This document shows positions 28,051-36,805 of a stretch of DNA of 64,000 bases, one piece after another. The stretch comes from Antedon mediterranea (taxonomy: Eukaryota > Animalia > Echinodermata). The position numbers and the translations under genes are program-made. The number at the start of each line of letters is the position of its first letter. Position 1 is the stretch's first letter. The stretch covers positions 16,815,237-16,879,236 of the forward strand of contig NC_092672.1 of the NCBI RefSeq assembly GCF_964355755.1. Direction: 5' to 3'. Below the pieces are notes generated by a model, which had not been told where the DNA came from, searched no databases, and was given only the letters and a program-made list of their open reading frames with translations.

Positions 28051-31000
28051 AGACCCTTTTGTGATTTTCGAAAAAACTTGTTAACATAAAAACACCAAAG
28101 AGCTTAGAATAGCTTCAAATCGCATTTTGAGACATTTTAGACCATTTTGTGATTTTCGAAAAAACTTGTTAACATAAAAACACCAAAGTGCTTAAAATAG
28201 CTTCAAATCGCATTTGGAGAAGTTTTAAACAATTTTGTGATTTTCGAAAAAACCTGTTAACATAAAAACATAAAAGTGTACAGAATAACTTCAAATCGAA
28301 TTTGGAGACGTTTTAGACCATTTTGTGATTTTTGAAAAAACTTGTTAACATAAAAACACCAAAGTGCTTAGAATAGCTTCAAATCGCATTTTTAGACATT
28401 TTACACCCTTTTGTGATTTTCGAAAAAACTTGTTAAAATAAAAACATCAAAGTGTACAGAATAGCTTCAAATCGCATTTGGAGACGTTTTAGTCCATTTT
28501 GTAATTTTGAAAAAAACTTAACATAAAAACACCAAAGAGCTTAGAATAGCTTCAAATCGCATTTTGAGACATTTTAGACCATTTTGTGATTTTCGAAAAA
28601 ACTTGTTAAAATAAAAACATCAAAATGTACAGAATAGCTTCAAATCGCATTTGGAGACGTTTTAGACCATTTTGTGATTTTGAAAAAAACTTGTTAACAT
28701 AAAAACACCAAAGAGCTTAGAATAGCTTCAAATCGCATTTTGAGACATTTTAGACCATTTTGTGTTTTTCGAAAAAACTTGTTAACATAAAAACATCAAA
28801 GTGTACAGAATAGCTTCAAATCGCATTTGGAGACGTTTTAGACCATTTTGTGATTTTCGAAAAAACTTGTTAACATAAAAACATCAAAGTGCTTAGAATA
28901 GCTTCAAATCGCATTTGGAGACGTTTTAGACCATTTTGTGATTTTCGAAAAAACTTGTTAACATAAAAACACCAAATTGCTTAGAATAGCTTCAAATCGC
29001 ATTTTGAGACATTTTAGACCCTTTTGTGATTTTCGAAAAAACTTGGTTACACAAAAACACCAAAGTGCTTAAAATAGCTTCAAATCGCATTTGGAGACAT
29101 TTTAGAATATTTTGTGATTTTCGAAAAAACTTGGTTACACAAAAACACCAAAGTGCTTAAAATCACATTAGAAACCGTTTTAGACCATTTTGAGCATTTC
29201 GATAAAACTTTTCACACAAAAACATCAAAGAGCACAAAATAGCTTAATATCGTATTTAAAAACGTTTTTGACCATTTTGAGCATTTCGAAAAAAAAATTT
29301 TCACACAAAACAGCAAAGTGCACAGAATAACTTCAAATCGCATTTGGAGACGTTTTAGACCTTTTTGTGATTTTCGAAAAAACTTGTTAACATAAAAACA
29401 CCAAAGTGCTAAGAATAGCTTCAAATCGCATTTGGAGACATTTTAGACCACTTTGTGATTTTCGAAAAAACTTGTTAACATAAAAACATCAAAGTGCTTA
29501 AAATCACATTAGAAACCGTTTTAGACCATTTTGAGCATTTCGACAAAAATTTTTCACACAAAACAGCAAAGTGTACAGAATAGCTTCAAATCGTATTTGG
29601 AGACGTTTTAGACCTTTTTGTGATTTTCGAAAAAACTTGTTAACATAAAAACACCAAAGTGCTTAGAATAGCTTCAAATCGCATTTTGAGACGTTTTAGA
29701 CCATTCTGTGATTTTCGAAAAAACTTGTTAACATAAAAACATCAAAGTGCTTCAAATCACATTAGAAACCGTTTTAGACCATTTTGAGCATTTCGACAAA
29801 ACATTTTCACACAAAACAGCAAAGTGTACAGAATAGCTTCAAATCGTATTTGCAGACGTTTTAGACCTTTTTGAGATTTTCGAAAAAACTTGTTAACATA
29901 AAAACATCAAAGTGCTTCAAATCACATTAGAAACCGTTTTAGACCATTTTGAGCATTTCGACAAAAATTTTTCACACAAAACAGCAAAGTGTACAGAATA
30001 GCTTCAAATCGTCTTTGGAGACGTTTTAGACCTTTTTGTGATTTTCGAAAAAACTTGTTAACATAAAAACACCAAAGTGCTTAGAATAGCTTCAAATCGC
30101 ATTTGGAGACGTTTTAGACCATTTTTTGATTTTCGAAAAAACTTGTTAACATAAAAACACCAAAGTGCTTAGAATAGCTTCAAATCGCATTTTGAGACGT
30201 TTTAGACCATTCTGTGATTTTCGAAAAAACTTGTTAACATAAAAACATCAAAGTGCTTAAAATCACATTAGAATCCGTTTTAGACCATTTTGAGCATTTC
30301 GATAAAACTTTTCAAACAAAAACATCAAAGAGCACAAAATAGCGTAATATCGTATTTAAAAACGTTTTTGACCATTTTGAGCATTTCGACAAAAAATTTT
30401 CACACAAAACAGCAAAGTGCACAGAATAACTTCAAATCGCATTTGGAGACGTTTTAGACCATTTTGTGATTTTCGAAAAAACTTGTTAACATAAAAACAC
30501 CAAAGTGCTAAGAATAGCTTCAAATCGCATTTGGAGACATTTTAGACCATTTTGTGATTTTCGAAAAAACTTGTTAAGATAAAAACATCAAAGTGTACAC
30601 AATAGCTTCAAATCGCATTTGGAGACGTTTTAGACCATTTTGTGATTTTCGAAAAAACTTGTTAACATAAAAACACCAAAGTGCTTAGAATAGCTTCAAA
30701 TCGCATTTTGAGACATTTTAGACCCTTTTGTGATTTTCGAAAAAACTTGTTAACATAAAAACACCAAAGTGCTTAGAATGGCTTCAAATCGCATTTGGAG
30801 ACATTTTAGACTATTTTGTGATTTTCGAAAAAACTTAAGATAAAAATATCAAAGTGCTTCAAATCACATTAGAAACCGTTTTAGACCATTTTGAGCATTT
30901 CGACAAAAATTTTTCACACAAAACAGCAAAGTGTACAGAATAGCTTCAAATCGTATTTGGAGACGTTTTAGACCTTTTTGTGATTTTCGAAAAAACTTGT

Positions 31001-34000
31001 TAACATAAAAACACCAAAGTGCTTAGAATAGCTTCAAATCGCATTTGGAGACGTTTTAGACCATTTTTTGATTTTCGAAAAAACTTGTTAACATAAAAAC
31101 ACCAAAGTGCTTCAAATCACATTAGAAACCGTTTTAGACCATTTTGAGCATTTCGACAAAAAATTTTCACACAAAACAGCAAAGTGTACAGAATAGCTTC
31201 AAATCGTATTTGCAGACGTTTTAGACCTTTTTGAGATTTTCGAAAAAACTTGTTAACATAAAAACATCAAAGTGCTTCAAATCACATTAGAAACCGTTTT
31301 AGACCATTTTGAGCATTTCGACAAAAATTTTTCACACAAAACAGCAAAGTGTACAGAATAGCTTCAAATCGTATTTGGAGACGTTTTAGACCTTTTTGTG
31401 ATTTTCGAAAAAACTTGTTAACATAAAAACACCAAAGTGCTTAGAATAGCTTCAAATCGCATTTGGAGACGTTTTAGACCATTTTTTGATTTTCGAAAAA
31501 ACTTGTTAACATAAAAACACCAAAGTGCTTAGAATAGCTTCAAATCGCATTTTGAGACGTTTTAGACCATTCTGTGATTTTCGAAAAAAATTGTTAACAT
31601 AAAAACATCAAAGTGCTTAAAATCACATTAGAATCCGTTTTAGACCATTTTGAGCATTTCGATAAAACTTTTCAAACAAAAACATCAAAGAGCACAAAAT
31701 AGCTTAATATCGTATTTAAAAACGTTTTTGACCATTTTGAGCATTTCGACAAAAAATTTTCACACAAAACAGCAAAGTGCACAGAATAACTTCAAATCGC
31801 ATTTGGAGACGTTTTAGACCATTTTGTGATTTTCGAAAAAACTTGTTAACATAAAAACACCAAAGTGCTAAGAATAGCTTCAAATCGCATTTGGAGACAT
31901 TTTAGACCATTTTGTGATTTTCGAAAAAACTTGTTAAGATAAAAACATCAAAGTGTACACAATAGCTTCAAATCGCATTTGGAGACGTTTTAGACCATTT
32001 TGTGATTTTCGAAAAAACTTGTTAACATAAAAACACCAAAGTGCTTAGAATAGCTTCAAATCGCATTTTGAGACATTTTAGACCCTTTTGTGATTTTCGA
32101 AAAAACTTGTTAACATAAAAACACCAAAGTGCTTAGAATGGCTTCAAATCGCATTTGGAGACATTTTAGACTATTTTGTGATTTTCGAAAAAACTTAAGA
32201 TAAAAATATCAAAGTGCTTCAAATCACATTAGAAACCGTTTTAGACCATTTTGAGCATTTCGACAAAAATTTTTCACACAAAACAGCAAAGTCTACAGAA
32301 TAGCTTCAAATCGTATTTGGAGACGTTTTAGACCTTTTTGTGATTTTCGAAAAAACTTGTTAACATAAAAACACCAAAGTGCTTAAAATAGCTTCAAATC
32401 GCATTTGGAGACGTTTTAGACCATTTTTTGATTTTCGAAAAAACTTGTTAACATAAAAACACCAAAGTGCTTAGAATAGCTTCAAATCGCATTTTGAGAC
32501 GTTTTAGACCATTCTGTGATTTTCGAAAAAACTTGTTAACATAAAAACATCAAAGTGCTTAAAATCACATTAGAATCCGTTTTAGACCATTTTGAGCATT
32601 TCGATAAAACTTTTCAAACAAAAACATCAAAGAGCACAAAATAGCTTAATATCGTATTTAAAAACGTTTTTGACCATTTTGAGCATTTCGACAAAAAATT
32701 TTCACACAAAACAGCAAAGTGCACAGAATAACTTCAAATCGCATTTGGAGACGTTTTAGACCATTTTGTGATTTTCGAAAAAACTTGTTAACATAAAAAC
32801 ACCAAAGTGCTAAGAATAGCTTCAAATCGCATTTGGAGACATTTTAGACCATTTTGTGATTTTCGAAAAAACTTGTTAAGATAAAAACATCAAAGTGTAC
32901 ACAATAGCTTCAAATCGCATTTGGAGACGTTTTAGACCATTTTGTGATTTTCGAAAAAACTTGTTAACATAAAAACACCAAAGTGCTTAGAATAGCTTCA
33001 AATCGCATTTTGAGACATTTTAGACCCTTTTGTGATTTTCGAAAAAACTTGTTAACATAAAAACACCAAAGTGCTTAGAATGGCTTCAAATCGCATTTGG
33101 AGACATTTTAGACTATTTTGTGATTTTCGAAAAAACTTAAGATAAAAATATCAAAGTGCTTCAAATAACATTAGAAACCGTTTTAGACCATTTTGAGCAT
33201 TTCGACAAAAATTTTTCACACAAAACAGCAAAGTGTACAGAATAGCTTCAAATCGTATTTGGAGACGTTTTAGACCTTTTTGTGATTTTCGAAAAAACTT
33301 GTTAACATAAAAACACCAAAGTGCTTAGAATAGCTTCAAATCGCATTTTGAGACGTTTTAGACCCTTTTGTGATTTTCGAAAAAACTTGGTTACACAAAA
33401 ACACCAAAGTGCTTAAAATAGCTTCAAATCGCATTTGGAGACATTTTAGACTATTTTGTGATTTTCGAAAAAACTTGTTAACATAAAAACATTTAAGTGC
33501 TTCAAATCACATTAGAAACCGTTTTAGACCATTTTGAGCATTTCGACAAAAATTTTTCACACAAAACAGCAAAGTGTACAGAATAGCTTCAAATCGTATT
33601 TGGAGACGTTTTAGACCATTTTTTGATTTTCGAAAAAACTTGTTAACATAAAAACACCAAAGTGCTTAGAATAGCTTCAAATCGCATTTTTGAGACGTTT
33701 TAGACAATTCAGTGATTTTCGAAAAAACTTGTTAACATAAAAACATCAAAGTGCTTAAAATCACATTAGAATCCGTTTTAGACCATTTTGAGCATTTCGA
33801 TAAAACTTTTCAAACAAAAACATCAAAGAGCACAAAATAGCTTAATATCGTATTTAAAAACGTTTTTGACCATTTTGAGCATTTCGACAAAAAATGTTCA
33901 CACAAAACAGCAAAGTGCACAGAATAACTTCAAATCGCATTTGGAGACGTTTTAGACAATTTTGTTATTTTCGAAAAAACTTGTTAACATAAAAACACCA

Positions 34001-35793
34001 AAGTGCTAAGAATAGCTTCAAATCGCATTTGGAGACATTTTAGACCATTTTGTGATTTTCGAAAAAACTTGTTAAGATAAAAACATCAAAGTGTACACAA
34101 TAGCTTCAAATCGCATTTGGAGACGTTTTAGACCATTTTGTGATTTTCGAAAAAACTTGTTAACATAAAAACACCAAAGTGCTTAGAATAGCTTCAAATC
34201 GCATTTTGAGACATTTTAGACCCTTTTGTGATTTTCGAAAAAACTTGGTTACACAAAAACACCAAAGTGCTTAAAATAGCTTCAAATCGCATTTGGAGAA
34301 GTTTTAAACCATTTTGTGATTTTCGAAAAAACTTGTTAACATAAAAACATCAAAGTGTACAGAATAACTTCAAATCGCATTTGGAGACGTTTTAGACCAT
34401 TTTGTGATTTTTGAAAAAACTTGTTAACATAAAAACACCAAAGTGCTTAGAATAGCTTCAAATCGCATTTTTAGACATTTTACACCCTTTTGTGATTTTC
34501 GAAAAAACTTGTTAAAATAAAAACATCAAAATGTACAGAATAGCTTCAAATCGCATTTGGAGACGTTTTAGACCATTTTGTGATTTTGAACAAAACTTAA
34601 CATAAAAACACCAAAGAGCTTAGAATAGCTTCAAATCGCATTTTGAGACATTTTAGACCATTTTGTGATTTTCGAAAAAACTTGTTAAAATAAAAACATC
34701 AAAATGTACAGAATAGCTTCAAATCGCATTTGGAGACGTTTTAGACCATTTTGTGATTTTGAAAAAAACTTGTTAACATAAAAACACCAAAGAGCTTAGA
34801 ATAGCTTCAAATCGCATTTTGAGACATTTTAGAACATTTTGTGTTTTTCGAAAAAACTTGTTAACATAAAAACATCAAAGTGTACAGAATAGCTTCAAAT
34901 CGCATTTGGAGACGTTTTAGACCATTTTGTGATTTTCGAAAAAACTTGTTAACATAAAAACATCAAAGTGCTTAGAATAGCTTCAAATCGCATTTTGAGA
35001 CATTTTAGACCCTTTTGTGATTTTCGAAAAAACTTGGTTACACAAAAACACCAAAGTGCTTAAAATAGCTTCAAATCGCATTTGGAGACATTTTAGAATA
35101 TTTTGTGATTTTCGAAAAAACTTGGTTACACAAAAACACCAAAGTGCTTAAAATCACATTAGAAACCGTTTTAGACCATTTTGAGCATTTCGATAAAACT
35201 TTTCACACGAAAACATCAAAGAGCACAAAATAGCTTAATATCGTATTTAAAAACGTTTTTGACCATTTTGAGCATTTCGACAAAAAAATTTCACACAAAA
35301 CAGCAAAGTGCACAGAATAACTTCAAATCGCATTTGGAGACGTTTTAGACCATTTTGTGATTTTCGAAAAAACTTGTTAACATAAAAACACCAAAGTGCT
35401 TAGAATAGCTTCAAATCGCATTTTGAGACATTTTAGACCCTTTTGTGATTTTTGAAAAAACTTGTTAACATTTTCGATTTGCTTCAAATCACATTAGAAA
35501 CCGTATTAGACCATTTTGAGAATTTCGATAAAACTTTTCACACAAAAACATCAAAGAGCACAAAATAGCTTAATATCGTATTTAAAAACGTTTTTGACCA
35601 TTTTGAGCATTTAGACAAAAAACAGCAAAGTGCACAGAATAACTTCAAATCGCATTTGGAGACGTTTTAGACCATTCTGTGATTTTCGAAAAAACTTGTT
35701 AACATAAAAACATCAAAGTGCTTAAAATCACATTAGAAACCGTTTTAGACCATTTTGAGCATTTCGATAAAACTTTTCACACAAAAACATTAA

Positions 35794-35804
35794 AGGAAAG
35801 GAAC
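35794..35804 (+). repeat. Left terminal inverted repeat AGGAAAGGAAC
   Basis: Exact reverse complement of 36795-36805; directly follows TTAA at 35790-35793. Confidence 0.96.
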
Positions 35805-35928
35805 TCATTAATATCTTACCTAACTATTATAAAAGTAACCCTACCAACTTAATATTCAGCACAATTTATCTTTAAATCGGATTTGTAGTTTTCTAGTAAA
35901 CAGGATTTTAAAGCTGTTTTCAAGACAT

Positions 35929-35977
35929 TTGAAAATCGCCATCTTGTGCTCATGGCAGCCTGTTTGTGACGTCAGAT
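35929..35977 (+). promoter_or_regulatory. Left subterminal motif cassette: YY1-like CGCCATCTTG plus CRE TGTGACGTCAGAT
   Basis: CGCCATCTTG lies at 35937-35946 and TGTGACGTCAGAT at 35965-35977, with an inverted counterpart at 36620-36668. Function is inferred only. Confidence 0.6.
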
Positions 35978-36023
35978 ACGGCCGACGAAAATTTTAAGAT
36001 TCGCGGTTGCATTCAGCGCTTCT

Positions 36024-36158
36024 ATTGGCTAAGCGAATCCGCTAATATGATTGGCTAATAACGCGACATGCGGTCATGCAGGACGGCGATGACACGGTAT
36101 GAGCATGCGCTGGCTTGGTAAACAAACCTTCGATCGATCTTTTCTTCTGCAAGCCAAT
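36024..36158. promoter_or_regulatory. Cluster of CCAAT-box (NF-Y-like) and NRF1-like motifs in a CpG-rich patch
   Basis: ATTGGCTAA occurs twice (36024-36032, 36050-36058), AGCCAAT at 36152-36158, and GAGCATGCGC at 36101-36110 (9/10 to GCGCATGCGC). These are motif matches only. Confidence 0.4.
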
Positions 36159-36289
36159 TCGTAAATCTTTCAGCTATTGTTAATCTATTGTTACTTTTAT
36201 TGCCTAGCTGTTTCAAACGGGATTTGGTAGGGGAATTAACTGGCAAACCTTCGAAACGGAGGCTGTTGGTTGACGATGCAGTGTCTACT

Positions 36290-36493
36290 TTATTTTCGTT
36301 CAACACGAGTTCTAGGCCTAGTAAGGCATACAGTACAGATACACTGGCCGAAAGTACACCATTCTTCGACGGCTTGTTATGCTCGAGAATGTTCTTCTTT
36401 TCTTCTTTTTTCCTCATCAGCACGACGCAAAACTAACTCTCTTTCTGTATATTCTGGTTCCAAATTTTTTGAATTATAAAAACTCCAAGCCAT
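36290..36493 (-). pseudogene. Decayed fragment of a Cys-rich KolX / P2X7-ballast(nanor)-like protein
   Basis: Manual translation from ATG 36493 gives MAWSFYNSKNLEPEYTERELVLRRADEEKRRKEEHSRA*QAVEEWCTFGQCICTVC..., with an in-frame TAA at 36377-36379. EPEYTxxEL, a charged linker and WCx(C)GxC match my recollection of the family pattern FEPEY...WCxCGxCxxMPTxxExxCCxE. The downstream DNA (atgcct t actagg c ctagaa ctcg tgttg aacgaa) gives MPTRLE..CC-NE only after small frameshifts. Family assignment is by motif recall, not by a search. Confidence 0.65.
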
Positions 36494-36619
36494 ATTCCGA
36501 AAATATTAGGTATGTTAGGCTATTTAATTGATTTTATTTATGGTTATATCCCGCACTTCCATATTGAAATACTGTACTAAGACGATGGGCGCTTGGATTT
36601 GCTTGAATGCGTCCACCTA

Positions 36620-36668
36620 ATCTGACGTCACATAATTGCTCTTAACCTGTCAAAATGGCGCTGTTCAA
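36620..36668 (-). promoter_or_regulatory. Right subterminal motif cassette: CRE ATCTGACGTCACA plus YY1-like CAAAATGGCG
   Basis: 36620-36632 is a 13/13 reverse complement of 35965-35977, and 36651-36660 is a 9/10 reverse complement of 35937-35946. The spacing between motifs is identical at both ends. Confidence 0.6.
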
Positions 36669-36794
36669 TTTCCGATATTTTGTCGTTTAAAAGTCTATTT
36701 TTTAACTAAATTGCTTACTATTGTACCTTGAACCATTGTAATCATGTTTTTATTACATTTATCTATAAGCACAGTGGCACATTTAGCCCAGGGT

Positions 36795-36805
36795 GTTCCT
36801 TTCCT
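36795..36805 (-). repeat. Right terminal inverted repeat (GTTCCTTTCCT on +)
   Basis: Exact reverse complement of 35794-35804; directly followed by TTAA at 36806-36809. Confidence 0.96.

Larger units (their letters stand above)
1..35793. repeat. Tandem satellite array, 88-bp base monomer with subtypes, left arm
   Basis: The monomer AAAGTGCTTAGAATAGCTTCAAATCGCATTTGGAGACGTTTTAGACCATTTTGTGATTTTCGAAAAAACTTGTTAACATAAAAACACC starts at 1 and recurs at 89 and 177. It continues head-to-tail in one orientation up to the TTAA at 35790-35793. Confidence 0.99.
35794..36805. mobile_element. Non-autonomous DNA transposon, Kolobok superfamily (T2-MITE-like), 1012 bp
   Basis: TTAA is duplicated at 35790-35793 and 36806-36809. 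Perfect 11-bp TIRs read AGGAAAGGAAC / GTTCCTTTCCT. Removing the element plus one TTAA restores the satellite variant AAAACATTAAAGAGCAC seen intact at about 20011-20027. A TTAA TSD with AGGRR termini is characteristic of Kolobok/T2, whereas piggyBac ends typically start with CC. No transposase ORF is present. Confidence 0.9.

Noticed and set aside
4082-29424. Repeated 60-70 aa ORFs (MKLFLALWCFYV..., MSISIKLFTQ...), also the 90-aa ORF at 62548-62820
   Set aside because: These are chance open frames across satellite monomers, opened or closed by 1-bp A-tract changes. They mostly have non-ATG starts and show no domain features.
36068-36121. THAP-domain start of a transposase on the plus strand (MRSCRTAMTRYEHALAW*)
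   Set aside because: It is too short and lacks the C-x2-4-C and downstream THAP signature.
36055-36423. 122-aa minus-strand ORF as a transposase or real CDS
   Set aside because: It has no DDE or THAP motifs. The recognisable protein motifs lie mostly in a different, stop-interrupted frame starting at 36493.
36188-36479. Plus-strand 82-aa and 69-aa ORFs
   Set aside because: They are antisense shadows of the decayed minus-strand coding remnant, with TTG starts and no recognisable motifs.
35794-36805. piggyBac assignment based on the TTAA TSD
   Set aside because: Termini are AGG...CCT rather than the usual CC...GG of piggyBac. Termini and cargo fit Kolobok better.
35794-36805. Solo LTR, SINE or tRNA-derived element
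   Set aside because: It lacks TG...CA ends, a poly(A) tail, and convincing A/B boxes or a cloverleaf. TIR plus TTAA indicates a cut-and-paste element.
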